From positions 14,623 to 78,622 of the forward strand of contig JBIOHC010000002.1 in NCBI GenBank assembly GCA_044448685.1: a stretch of 64,000 nucleotides of DNA, in the 5' to 3' direction. Positions 17,572-27,365 of the stretch are shown piece after piece. Numbering within the stretch: the first letter of the stretch is position 1; the number at the start of each line of letters is the position of its first letter. The position numbers and the translations under genes are program-made. Source of the stretch: Bacteroidia bacterium. GTDB taxonomy: Bacteria > Bacteroidota > Bacteroidia > Palsa-965. Under the pieces are notes generated by a model. The model was not told where the DNA came from and ran no database searches. It saw nothing but the letters and a program-made list of their open reading frames with translations.

Positions 17572-18942
17572 ATGAAAAAAATACATGATACAATATTGGA
17601 AACGATAGGACATACTCCTATGGTCCGCATCAATAAAATCACGAAAGGAATCAAAGGCACTGTGCTGGCGAAAATTGAAACCTTTAATCCAGGCAATTCA
17701 ATCAAAGACAGGATGGCTCTTAAAATGATTGAAGATGCTGAAAAATCGGGTGTATTAAAACCCGGAGGAACAATTATCGAAGGCACTTCCGGTAATACAG
17801 GCATGGGTCTGGCCATTGCTGCTGTTATCAAAGGATATAAATGCATCTTTACTTCAACTGATAAGCAGAGCAAGGAAAAATTTGATGCCCTCCGCGCTTT
17901 CGGCGCTGAAGTGATTGTTTGCCCCACAAATGTGGATCCGGAAGATCCCCGTTCCTACTATTCTGTGTCTTCACGCCTCGTGAAAGAGGTTCCCAATTCC
18001 TGGAAACCCAACCAATATGATAACCCTTCCAATGCTGTTGCACATTATGAATCAACAGGCCCTGAAATCTGGGATCAGACCGATGGGAAAATTACCCACC
18101 TTGTGGTAGGTGTTGGTACGGGGGGAACCATTTCAGGAACGGCAAAATTTCTCAAGGAAAAAAACCCTAAAATAAAAGTGCTCGGCATTGATACGTATGG
18201 ATCTGTTTTTAAAAAATACAAGGAAACAGGAGTGTTCGATAAAAATGAAATCTATCCTTACGTTACAGAAGGTATCGGTGAAGACTTCCTGCCTGAAAAT
18301 GTAGACTTCAGCCTGATTGATCATTTCGAAAAAGTGACCGATAAGGATGCAGCCCTCATGACCCGTGAAATAGCCCGCCAGGAAGGTATCCTTGCAGGTA
18401 ATTCTGCAGGTTCGGCAATGGCAGGCATAGTGCAGATGAAGGATTTTTTCAAGGAGGGAGATGTCATTGTTGTCATTTTTCATGATCATGGAACCCGTTA
18501 CCTGGGTAAAATGTTCAATGATGAATGGATGCGCGAAAAAGGTTATTTCGACCGTAAAGGCTTGAGTGCAAAAGATCTGGTCAATAACAACCACAAAGCT
18601 GATCTGGTAACCCTCGAAGCCCACGAACCCATTGAAAAAGCACTGAAGATCATGAGTGAAAAAGATCTTTCCCAACTTCCTGTTACACGTGACAAACGCA
18701 TTGTAGGTTCTCTGAATGAAAACCAGCTCTATACCAAAATCATCGCCAATCCTGATATCAAATCCCAGCCTGTTGAAACAATTATGCAGGCCGCATTCCC
18801 TTTTGTGGATATTTCCACTCCTATAGACCTGTTAAGTACGATGATAAACCCGGAAAATCCCGCACTCCTCGTACGTGATTTTAAAACCGACAAGACTTTT
18901 ATCCTCACCCGACATGATATCATGAATGCCCTGACGAGATGA
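17572..18942 (+). CDS. Cystathionine beta-synthase-like PLP enzyme (cysteine-synthase fold plus a C-terminal tandem CBS-domain pair)
   Basis: The 'NPGNSIKDRMA' PLP-lysine motif, 'GTSGNTGMGLA' and 'GVGTGGTISG' glycine loops are present. The C-terminal part of about 120 aa has CBS-pair character. Confidence 0.75.
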   Translation: MKKIHDTILETIGHTPMVRINKITKGIKGTVLAKIETFNPGNSIKDRMALKMIEDAEKSGVLKPGGTIIEGTSGNTGMGLAIAAVIKGYKCIFTSTDKQSKEKFDALRAFGAEVIVCPTNVDPEDPRSYYSVSSRLVKEVPNSWKPNQYDNPSNAVAHYESTGPEIWDQTDGKITHLVVGVGTGGTISGTAKFLKEKNPKIKVLGIDTYGSVFKKYKETGVFDKNEIYPYVTEGIGEDFLPENVDFSLIDHFEKVTDKDAALMTREIARQEGILAGNSAGSAMAGIVQMKDFFKEGDVIVVIFHDHGTRYLGKMFNDEWMREKGYFDRKGLSAKDLVNNNHKADLVTLEAHEPIEKALKIMSEKDLSQLPVTRDKRIVGSLNENQLYTKIIANPDIKSQPVETIMQAAFPFVDISTPIDLLSTMINPENPALLVRDFKTDKTFILTRHDIMNALTR

Positions 18943-19721
18943 TTCAATACACGGATCAGATGAAAAGAACCATAAGGCTGCACGAAAAGCCTGCCCGTAT
19001 CATTTCTCTGGTCCCCTCTCAGACTGAACTCCTCTTTGAACTCGGACTGGATAAGGAAGTTGTAGGAATAACAAAATTCTGCATTCACCCTGATTCATGG
19101 TTCAGAACAAAGACCAAGATAGGAGGCACCAAGAAATTGGATGCCAATAAAATAAGGGCCCTCAAACCAGACCTGCTTATCGGCAATAAAGAAGAAAACG
19201 AAGAAGGTCAGATCCTCCTGCTGGAAAAAGAATTCCCCGTCTGGATGAGTGACATCCATAATCTGGAACAGGCCCTGGAAATGGTTCAGAGTCTGGGACA
19301 GCTTTGCGAAAGGGAAACCCAGGCTAGTGAAATCATCCAAAAGATTAAGAATCAATTCCGCAAGTTTAAGCCACTTTCAACAGGTGTTCGCGTGCTCTAC
19401 CTGATCTGGAAAAATCCCTATATGGCTGCAGGCAGGAATACCTTTATTGATTCTATGCTGAACAAATGCGGGTTCATCAACTGCATGGATAAAGATCGCT
19501 ACCCCGAACTGACTGAAGCAGAAATACAGGAGTTGAACCCGGATCTGATCCTGCTCTCTTCTGAGCCCTTCCCGTTTAAAGAAAAACATCTGAAAGAACT
19601 CCAGGTCTTCTGCCCCGCTTCTGAGATAAAACTGGCAGATGGTGAATTCTTTTCCTGGTATGGATCACGCCTGTTGAAGGCTCCGGCTTATTTTAAGGAA
19701 TTACTATCAACGCTGGCCTGA
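18939..19721 (+). CDS. BtuF/FecB-like periplasmic binding protein (class III PBP), with no cognate permease or ATPase nearby
   Basis: The 'RIISLVPSQTELLFELGLDKEVVGIT' N-terminal beta-alpha-beta motif and a 'KPDLLIG' hinge are typical of cobalamin/siderophore binding proteins. It has a 4-nt overlap with the upstream CBS gene. Confidence 0.6.
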   Translation: MIQYTDQMKRTIRLHEKPARIISLVPSQTELLFELGLDKEVVGITKFCIHPDSWFRTKTKIGGTKKLDANKIRALKPDLLIGNKEENEEGQILLLEKEFPVWMSDIHNLEQALEMVQSLGQLCERETQASEIIQKIKNQFRKFKPLSTGVRVLYLIWKNPYMAAGRNTFIDSMLNKCGFINCMDKDRYPELTEAEIQELNPDLILLSSEPFPFKEKHLKELQVFCPASEIKLADGEFFSWYGSRLLKAPAYFKELLSTLA

Positions 19722-19791
19722 TCCCATCTGATTGCCAGAGCAATACAATATATGCTTCCTCCTTGCGTTTCATTACCTTTGAAGGATATTT

Positions 19792-21081
19792 ATGATAAAG
19801 AACAAGAAGAAATTCATCCTCATAGCTGCTTCTGCGGGAGCACTGCTTCTCATTTGGGTCATTTGGGCCTATGCCGATAATAAAACCGAAAAGGATATCC
19901 TCGTACAGGTAAAACATGGAGCTTTTGAAATATCGGTCTTTACTACTGGTGAACTGGAAGCCAAAAATTCCATTAATATCAACGGCCCGGAAGGACTCCG
20001 TTCCGTCAATATTTTCCAGGTTAAGATAACCGATATGATTCCGGAAGGAAGCATTGTTAAAAAAGGGGATTATATTGCCGGACTGGATAAGGCTGAAGTC
20101 GGAAATAAACTCAAGGATGCCTCCAATGATTTACAGAAATTTCAAAGTCAGTATAAGCAAACCCAACTCGACACTGCTTTGCAGTTACGCCAGGCAAGGG
20201 ATGAGATGGTTAACCAGGAATATGGACTCAAAGAAAAACAGATAGCACTGGAACAAAGTGCATACGAACCTCCGGCTACCATACGACAGATTCAGCTCGA
20301 CTTTGACAAGACAAAGAGAGCTCTGGAACAGAGCACAAAAAATTATGAAATAAAAAAAAGCCAGCTCACTGCAAAAATGGAGGAAGTCGGTGCGGCATTA
20401 AGTCAGGCACAAACAGCCTTTGACAGACTCACGGACCTGCTCCTGAAATTTACAATCACAGCTCCCGAACCGGGAATGGTTATTTACCAGCGGGAATGGA
20501 ATGGACGAAAAAGAGGAGTTGGATCAACAGTCGGTGTATGGGATCCTACGGTTGCAACCCTGCCGGATCTCTCCATTATGAGTTCCAAAACCTATGTCAA
20601 TGAAGTCGATATACGGAAAATACAAACAGGACAGGCAGTACAGGTGAGCCTGGATGCCTATCCGGAAAAGAAGCTGAGCGGGGTCGTAACGTCTGTTGCC
20701 AATGTGGGTGAACAAAGCCCTAAAAATGATTCCAAGGTTTTTGAAGTCGTGATCCGGATCAATGAAAAAGATACTACCCTTCGTCCTGCCATGACAACGG
20801 GTAACCGTATCCTTGTCCAGCAGCTGAAAAATGTATTGTATATACCCCTTGAATCCTTGCACCATCAGGGTGATTCACTGACCTATGTCCTGGTAAGGGA
20901 GGGCTTGTCAATGCTCCGCAAGGAAGTGACAACAGGAGAAACGAACGAAAATTTCGTGGTCATAAAAAAAGGGCTTTCTGAAAACGAGAAGGTTTATCTT
21001 TCTCTACCCGATAATCCTGAGACATTCAAGTTAACCCGGCTTTCCGGTCAGGTTCAAACCATCAAAACCAAAAAGCAGTGA
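19792..21081 (+). CDS. HlyD/MacA-family periplasmic adaptor (membrane fusion protein)
   Basis: An N-terminal TM anchor is followed by a long coiled-coil hairpin and beta-barrel/lipoyl segments. It sits at the operon head for the permease and TolC. Confidence 0.75.
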   Translation: MIKNKKKFILIAASAGALLLIWVIWAYADNKTEKDILVQVKHGAFEISVFTTGELEAKNSININGPEGLRSVNIFQVKITDMIPEGSIVKKGDYIAGLDKAEVGNKLKDASNDLQKFQSQYKQTQLDTALQLRQARDEMVNQEYGLKEKQIALEQSAYEPPATIRQIQLDFDKTKRALEQSTKNYEIKKSQLTAKMEEVGAALSQAQTAFDRLTDLLLKFTITAPEPGMVIYQREWNGRKRGVGSTVGVWDPTVATLPDLSIMSSKTYVNEVDIRKIQTGQAVQVSLDAYPEKKLSGVVTSVANVGEQSPKNDSKVFEVVIRINEKDTTLRPAMTTGNRILVQQLKNVLYIPLESLHHQGDSLTYVLVREGLSMLRKEVTTGETNENFVVIKKGLSENEKVYLSLPDNPETFKLTRLSGQVQTIKTKKQ

Positions 21082-22409
21082 AGGAAAGGTTCCTCCTGAA
21101 CTTTGTTATTGCTTTACAGGCTATCAAAGGCAACAAACTCCGTTCTATGCTCACTGCTCTGGGCATTATTTTCGGAGTTGCTGCCGTAATTGCTATGATG
21201 GCAATAGGACGTGGTGCAAGACAGGACATACTGGATCAAATCAAGCTGGTAGGGGTTAATAATATTGTCATTGCCCCGCTGACCAATAAGGACGAGAACA
21301 AAACAGATACAAAGGAGAAGGAAAACGAACAAAAAAAGTTCACTCCCGGCCTTACAGTCAAAGATGCTGAAAGCATACGTGAAGTCCTGGAATGTGCAGA
21401 TAAAATAAGCCCTGAAGTGGTGCAGGAAACAGAATTCGTGTACGGGGGCCTGAGACGCAGCGGAAAGCTGGTCGGCACAGTCCCTGAGTATTTTGACATT
21501 ACAGGATTTACACTTACAGAAGGACGTTTGTTCAACCATGAACAATCGGCTTATGGAGAGCAAGTATGCATTATAGGAAAAAGTATTATGACAAAATTCT
21601 TTTCCAAGACGGACCCTATGGGCCAGTATATCAAATGCGGAAAGGTATGGCTCCAGATAGTGGGTGTGCTGGAAGAGCGGTCTATCTCTGTAAACTCCAT
21701 GCATAATCTGGGTATACGCGATTACAATTTTGATATCTATATTCCACTTCGCACAATGCTTTTGCGCTATACCAACCGGACCCTGGTCACCAAATCTTCA
21801 ATTGAAAGAGCCCAGTCAAACAATAATTCGGATGAGGAACCTGCCAAGGCTGAGAATACCAACCAGCTTGATCGCCTGGTAATCCGTATCCGGAATGCCG
21901 ATCTGATGCAGGCAAGTGCGGAAGTGATTTCCAGGCTTATAAACCGCAGGCATAACGGGGTGACAGACTATGAAATAACTGTTCCGGAGCTGTTGCTAAG
22001 ACAACAGCAGAGGACGAAGGATATTTTCAACCTGGTATTGGGATTCATTGCCGGCATCTCCCTGCTTGTAGGTGGTATTGGTATCATGAATATCATGCTG
22101 GCATCGGTTCTGGAAAGGATTAAGGAGATAGGAATACGTCTTTCATTGGGTGCTACCAAGAAGGATATTGCATCCCAGTTCCTTTTCGAAGCCATGCTAA
22201 TTAGTGTTGCCGGCGGCCTTATCGGAATCCTGCTCGGAATCATACTGAGCTACCTTATTTCCGGCTTTGCTAATATCAGTACGCTGATCAGCGGATGGTC
22301 TATTCTGCTCTCTTTCGGAGTGGCAGCCATAACCGGACTTCTTTTCGGGATTGCCCCGGCAAAAAGAGCTGCTGAAAAAGATCCTATTGATTCTCTGAGA
22401 TATGAATAA
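21078..22409 (+). CDS. MacB-like ABC transporter permease (MacB periplasmic domain plus FtsX), with no fused ATPase
   Basis: The N-terminal TM 'LRSMLTALGIIFGVAAVIAMMAIG', a large periplasmic domain, and a C-terminal FtsX 3-TM region 'LGFIAGISLLVGGIGIMNIMLASVLERIKEIGIRLSLGA' are present. Confidence 0.75.
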   Translation: MKERFLLNFVIALQAIKGNKLRSMLTALGIIFGVAAVIAMMAIGRGARQDILDQIKLVGVNNIVIAPLTNKDENKTDTKEKENEQKKFTPGLTVKDAESIREVLECADKISPEVVQETEFVYGGLRRSGKLVGTVPEYFDITGFTLTEGRLFNHEQSAYGEQVCIIGKSIMTKFFSKTDPMGQYIKCGKVWLQIVGVLEERSISVNSMHNLGIRDYNFDIYIPLRTMLLRYTNRTLVTKSSIERAQSNNNSDEEPAKAENTNQLDRLVIRIRNADLMQASAEVISRLINRRHNGVTDYEITVPELLLRQQQRTKDIFNLVLGFIAGISLLVGGIGIMNIMLASVLERIKEIGIRLSLGATKKDIASQFLFEAMLISVAGGLIGILLGIILSYLISGFANISTLISGWSILLSFGVAAITGLLFGIAPAKRAAEKDPIDSLRYE

Positions 22410-23895
22410 GAACCGGATGAATATACCTGTTTGCATAGTGGCTCTGCTCCTTTTCTGTTGTGGAGGCAGCCAAGCACAGCAGGATACGAGCCTCCTAAAA
22501 ACAGAACAGTACAGTCTGAAAGATGTAATAGCACTTGCAACCGGCCAGAGCCCGGCCTCCAAGCTTGCCTCCACAAATTTCAATACCAAATACTGGCAAT
22601 ACAGATTTTATGAATCCAATTATTTGCCTCAGGTAGGGCTCAATGCCACACTCCCTTACCTGAACAGAGCCATTAATCCTATCATTCAACCCGATGGTAC
22701 CAGCAAATTCCTTCCCCAGAGCCTCCTGACAAACTCTGTCGGAATAAATGTGACTCAGAATATTGGCCTGACCAATAGCCAGATATTCGTTTCCTCACAG
22801 GTTCAGCGGGTTGATATTTTGAGCAGCCCTATGAGTTCCAGCTACCTGGTTAATCCGGTCATTTTCGGTATCAATCAGCCTATTTTCGGTTTCAATAAAC
22901 TACGCTGGGATATGCGTATAGAGCCCTTAAAATTTGATGAAGCCAAAAAACAATATAATGAGGATATGGAACAACTGGCTATTCAGGCCAGTGAATTGTT
23001 TTTTGACCTGCTGACAGCCCAGATGCAGGTCAGGATACAACATAAGAATGTAATCAATTCAGATACCCTGTATCGTATTTCCGAAGGACGATTCAACCTG
23101 GGAAAGATTGCCGAAAATGACCTCCTGCAAATGGAGCTCAATGTGATGAGAGCCCGTACAGGCGAAGCACAGGCATTGCTTGATGCCGACCTGAGCTCCT
23201 TGAAGCTGGCCAATTTTCTGAAACTGCCTTCTGATTCTAAGATGATCTTATCTCCACCCAACCTCCTTCCGGATTTTAAAGTGGATGAAAAAAAGGCCCT
23301 GGAAGAAGCAGAAAAAAATTCCCAGGCTGTCACCGCTTACAGGCGACGAAATCTGGAAGCTGACAGGGATGTAACCAAAGCCATACGGGAGAACCGTTTC
23401 GCAGCCAATATAATGGCCAGCTATGGACTCAGTAATAGCGGGCCGATGCTGGAGAGTCAGTTTTCAAATGCTCAGGACCAGCAACAGGTTCGGATAGCCG
23501 TTCAGGTCCCAATTCTGGACTGGGGCCGGGCCAGGTCACAAATACGGACTGCCCAAGCCCTTCAGGAATATACCCAGATCAGCGTGGAACAGGAAGCCCA
23601 GAATATGCATCAGGAAATACGCATGCTTAGTAAACAGTTCGAAATGCACAGACAGAAACTGCTGATAGCCCAGAAAGCCGATACAATAGCCCAAAAACGA
23701 TTTGATATTACAATGAAGCGTTATATCATCGGCAAGATCGGCATTACGGATCTGAACATTGCCCAACAGGAAAAAGATCAGGCCAAACTGGATTATATCC
23801 GTGACCTGCGCGATTTCTGGCATACCTATTTTGACATCCGTAAACGAACACTTTACGATTTTCAGGCCGATAAGCCCATTCTGCATGTCCGATAA
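22402..23895 (+). CDS. TolC-family outer-membrane efflux protein
   Basis: A signal peptide is followed by the two-repeat coiled-coil/beta architecture of outer-membrane factors. It has an 8-nt overlap with the upstream permease. Confidence 0.75.
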   Translation: MNKNRMNIPVCIVALLLFCCGGSQAQQDTSLLKTEQYSLKDVIALATGQSPASKLASTNFNTKYWQYRFYESNYLPQVGLNATLPYLNRAINPIIQPDGTSKFLPQSLLTNSVGINVTQNIGLTNSQIFVSSQVQRVDILSSPMSSSYLVNPVIFGINQPIFGFNKLRWDMRIEPLKFDEAKKQYNEDMEQLAIQASELFFDLLTAQMQVRIQHKNVINSDTLYRISEGRFNLGKIAENDLLQMELNVMRARTGEAQALLDADLSSLKLANFLKLPSDSKMILSPPNLLPDFKVDEKKALEEAEKNSQAVTAYRRRNLEADRDVTKAIRENRFAANIMASYGLSNSGPMLESQFSNAQDQQQVRIAVQVPILDWGRARSQIRTAQALQEYTQISVEQEAQNMHQEIRMLSKQFEMHRQKLLIAQKADTIAQKRFDITMKRYIIGKIGITDLNIAQQEKDQAKLDYIRDLRDFWHTYFDIRKRTLYDFQADKPILHVR

Positions 23896-23957
23896 CAAAA
23901 AAGGCGTGTTTTTTTGATATTTCGTAGCTTTACGTGTTCCGACTCTGAACCCGGCTT

Positions 23958-26273
23958 ATGCCTATACTGAAAAGAACCTGCTCCATTCTTCTCCTGTTCC
24001 TGCACCTGCTCGCAACAATACCCACCTATGCCCAGCATGAACGTGTGGGGGTAGTGCTTAGCGGTGGAGGAGCAGCCGGATTGGCCCATATAGGGGTCCT
24101 GAAAGCACTTGAAGACAACCATATTCCAATCGATTATATCACCGGCACATCAGCCGGAGGTATGATAGGCTGTATGTATGCCATGGGGTATACCCCTGCC
24201 CAGATGGAAGCACTGGTAAGGTCCAAAGAATTCAAGGCATGGACTTATGGGAACCTGGAACCCAAATATGTATACTATTTCAAACGTAAGGATGAAAATG
24301 CATCCTGGGCCGCTTTCCGGCTTTCCCTCGACTCTTCTTTTACCTCTAACCTGCCAACCAATATTATCTCTTCCATCCCTATTGATTTTGCACTGATGGA
24401 ACTTACGGCAAAGGCTGCATCGACAGCCAAAAACAATTTTGACAGTCTCATGATCCCATTCCGTTGCCTGGCTTCGGACGTGGAGGCTAAAAAATCCGTT
24501 ATCTTCCGTAGCGGTGATCTGGGCCAGGCTGTAAGAGCATCCATGTCCTACCCTTTTTACCTCCATCCTATTTCGGTAAATGGAAAGATTCTGTTCGACG
24601 GAGGTTTGTACAATAATTTTCCTTCCGATGTCATGTACAGGGATTTTATGCCAGACTATATCATCGGCAGCAATGTAGCAGGCAAATGGGTCAATCCGGA
24701 TGAGGACAACCTTATTTCACAACTGAGGGCTATGCTCATGAGTGAAACAAAATTCGTTGCACCCTGCGATAACGGTGTAATTATTGAACCCGGAGGGGTC
24801 AACCAGATAGGCCTGCTTGATTTTGATCAGCTCCAGCTTATCGACAGCGGTTACGTGGCCACTGTAAAGGCTTTGCCCGTCATAGAAGCTTCAATAAAAC
24901 GCAGGATAAGTGCGGAAGAACTTGCAGCCAAACGAAAGGCATTCACCGCACCGGAAAAAGAACTTATTTTCGATTCCATCCATATTACAGGAGTCAACTC
25001 TAACCAGGCTTATTTTATCCGGAAACATATACAACCTCATAATAAACCATTGACCCTTGAAAAGCTCAAAACCGGTTATTTCAGGCTGGCCCAGGACGAC
25101 AGGATTAAAAGTCTTTATCCTTTTGCAACCTTTAACACCAAGACAGGCTATTATGACCTCAGCCTGAGAGTCAAAAAAGAGAAATACCTCACCGCCGAAT
25201 TCGGAGGCAACTTCTCTAACCGACCTATCAACGAAGGTTATATCGGACTTCAATACAGTTATCTGGGCAAAATAGGGATCAATGTACAGGGCAACGGATA
25301 TTATGGGAAGCTTTACAGCTCTGCACAAGCCAAGGCTAGGATAGACTTCCCCTTTTCTGTCCCGGTCTACCTTGAGCCCAATCTTACTTTCAACCGGTTC
25401 GACTTCTTTAAAAGCAGCAGCACCTTTTTCGAGGATAACAAACCTCCTTACCTCATTACGAATGACCAGTTTGCCGAAATTAATCTCGGTATTCCTGTTA
25501 TGAATTCAGGAAAATTTGTGATCGGTACCGGTATAGCCCAGGTGAAAGACGAATATTACCAGACCACCATATTCAGTCAGCGTGACACCTCCGATAAAAC
25601 CTATTTTAATTACTTCACCACACACGCCTCTTACGAACGCAACACGCTGAACAAGAAACAATACGCCAATGCCGGAACCTGTTTACTGCTTTATTCCCGC
25701 TTCAATCAGGGCCAGGAAATTTTTGAAAAAGGGTCTACCGGTGCACCCCTGAGCCAGGTACCCTATCTTATTAAGGTGCATGAATATGTTACTTTCAAAG
25801 GTGTTTATGACAAATACTTTAAGTTGGGCAAACACCTGAGCCTGGGTATATACGGAGAAGCTGTTTATTCCACCCAGAGTAATTTCAATAATTATACAGC
25901 CACAGTCCTGTCTGCACCCGTCTTTCAGCCCACTCCTGAAAGCAAAACCCTGTTTATGCAAGAATACAGATCTCATGAATACTATGCAGCAGGAGGCAAA
26001 GCCGTTATTTCAACTATCAAAAATCTTGATCTTCGCCTGGAAGGTTATCTCTTTTTACCTTATCAGGCTCTGAAAAACGGTGTAAACGGACAAGCAATAG
26101 ACGGAAAACCTTTCGATACCAAACATTATATAGCCGAAGCCGCGCTTGTTTATCATACTCCACTCGGTCCGATTTGTGCCAGCCTCAACTATTTTGACAC
26201 CCCCGTCCAGAACCAGTTCAGCTTTATGTTTCACTTCGGCTATATCCTCTTTAACAAAAGGGCTATGGATTAA
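23958..26273 (+). CDS. Patatin-like phospholipase with a C-terminal Omp85-like beta-barrel (PlpD-like, type Vd autotransporter architecture)
   Basis: A signal peptide precedes the patatin oxyanion motif 'GVVLSGGGAAGLAHIGV', nucleophile 'GTSAGG' and 'DGG' Asp motif. The C-terminal part of about 400 aa shows amphipathic beta-strand periodicity ending 'FSFMFHFGYILF'. Confidence 0.75.
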   Translation: MPILKRTCSILLLFLHLLATIPTYAQHERVGVVLSGGGAAGLAHIGVLKALEDNHIPIDYITGTSAGGMIGCMYAMGYTPAQMEALVRSKEFKAWTYGNLEPKYVYYFKRKDENASWAAFRLSLDSSFTSNLPTNIISSIPIDFALMELTAKAASTAKNNFDSLMIPFRCLASDVEAKKSVIFRSGDLGQAVRASMSYPFYLHPISVNGKILFDGGLYNNFPSDVMYRDFMPDYIIGSNVAGKWVNPDEDNLISQLRAMLMSETKFVAPCDNGVIIEPGGVNQIGLLDFDQLQLIDSGYVATVKALPVIEASIKRRISAEELAAKRKAFTAPEKELIFDSIHITGVNSNQAYFIRKHIQPHNKPLTLEKLKTGYFRLAQDDRIKSLYPFATFNTKTGYYDLSLRVKKEKYLTAEFGGNFSNRPINEGYIGLQYSYLGKIGINVQGNGYYGKLYSSAQAKARIDFPFSVPVYLEPNLTFNRFDFFKSSSTFFEDNKPPYLITNDQFAEINLGIPVMNSGKFVIGTGIAQVKDEYYQTTIFSQRDTSDKTYFNYFTTHASYERNTLNKKQYANAGTCLLLYSRFNQGQEIFEKGSTGAPLSQVPYLIKVHEYVTFKGVYDKYFKLGKHLSLGIYGEAVYSTQSNFNNYTATVLSAPVFQPTPESKTLFMQEYRSHEYYAAGGKAVISTIKNLDLRLEGYLFLPYQALKNGVNGQAIDGKPFDTKHYIAEAALVYHTPLGPICASLNYFDTPVQNQFSFMFHFGYILFNKRAMD

Positions 26274-26440
26274 GAAAAATGTGATCACTCAGAAAATTTA
26301 AATTAAAAGGAAATTAATTTGCATTTCTCGTTATTTATATGGAACCTTTGCATAATTAACGATTTGGCATTCATCCTTGTACTTTTACATGCCTTTGAAA
26401 TGAAAAAACAAAACACCTTAATCGGCTTAGAGGCCAAGGT

Positions 26441-26473
26441 AAATCCTGCATTTGTCAGGATGGTTTGTTTTTC
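26441..26473 (+). promoter_or_regulatory. Terminator/attenuator-like hairpin plus T-tract in the leader of the arginine operon
   Basis: 'atcctg-catttgt-caggat' is followed by 'ggtttgtttttc', lying 160-250 nt upstream of the first arg gene. Confidence 0.4.
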
Positions 26474-26633
26474 TATTCCTTCCGGAGCCGTATTCTTTAC
26501 TCCGGCAAGACGTTTCCCCATAAGACCCTGATGGGTCCATGCTGATTTTACTGCCTACGTGGCGGTAACCCCCTCAAACAATATTTTTTATCCGGTTGCC
26601 TCTGGCATCACCAGGATCAATTCATTTTAACCG

Positions 26634-27356
26634 GTGCAGCAGTACCTATATGACATATTAACATGGGAATTCAGAAAGATTTTAACGTCATCCTTGCCAC
26701 CTCCGAACACGAGGTGTATGCAAATACCATATGCTCCGAAATGGAGGCTTCTGCTAAAGCCCGTGGCACCGGCATTGCCAAACGCAGTCCTGAATATTGT
26801 TCAGAAAATAAGGGAAGGGAAAGCAGTCATAGCACTCAAAGGCCTTGAATGGGCAGGTTTCTGCTATATCGAAACATGGAGCCATGGAGAGTATGTTGCG
26901 AACTCCGGCCTCATTGTTGCCCCCGCCTTTCGTCAAAGCGGACTTGCCCGAATGATCAAGCATGAAATATTCAAACTCAGCCGGACCAAGTATCCGGATG
27001 CAAAAATATTCGGACTTACAACAGGGCTAGCCGTTATGAAAATAAACTCCGATCTGGGCTACGAGCCTGTTACATACTCAGAACTGACCCATGATGAAGC
27101 ATTCTGGGCGGGGTGCAAGTCATGTATCAACTTCGACATCCTGCAAAGTAAGGACCGCAAGAATTGCCTTTGTACAGCCATGCTCTACGATCCGAAGGAA
27201 AAGAACAAAGACACTGTTGAAGATTCCGGGCAGCTCAGAAGTAAATCCAACCTATTTGAACGATGGCTGCGCTTCAAAAAACATGTCCTGCTGCGCAAAA
27301 ACGATTCCATTACGCACAGCCTCAAAAACATCATACACATTCTGCCTAAATTTTAA
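26634..27356 (+). CDS. GNAT-family acyltransferase opening the arginine operon (N-acyl-glutamate synthase candidate); start uncertain
   Basis: A GNAT core 'GLIVAPAFRQSGLARMIKHEIFKL' is present. An internal Met at 26718 (MQIPYAPKW) is a more plausible start. It is positioned as in Bacteroidetes arg operons. Confidence 0.55.
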   Translation: MQQYLYDILTWEFRKILTSSLPPPNTRCMQIPYAPKWRLLLKPVAPALPNAVLNIVQKIREGKAVIALKGLEWAGFCYIETWSHGEYVANSGLIVAPAFRQSGLARMIKHEIFKLSRTKYPDAKIFGLTTGLAVMKINSDLGYEPVTYSELTHDEAFWAGCKSCINFDILQSKDRKNCLCTAMLYDPKEKNKDTVEDSGQLRSKSNLFERWLRFKKHVLLRKNDSITHSLKNIIHILPKF

Positions 27357-27365
27357 CCCCGAATC

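Noticed and set aside
26319-26531. A 70-aa ORF in the arg-operon leader
   Set aside because: There is no family resemblance, and it spans a hairpin and T-tract. At most an internal 43-codon mini-ORF could be a leader peptide, as noted in the findings, so I did not call it a CDS.
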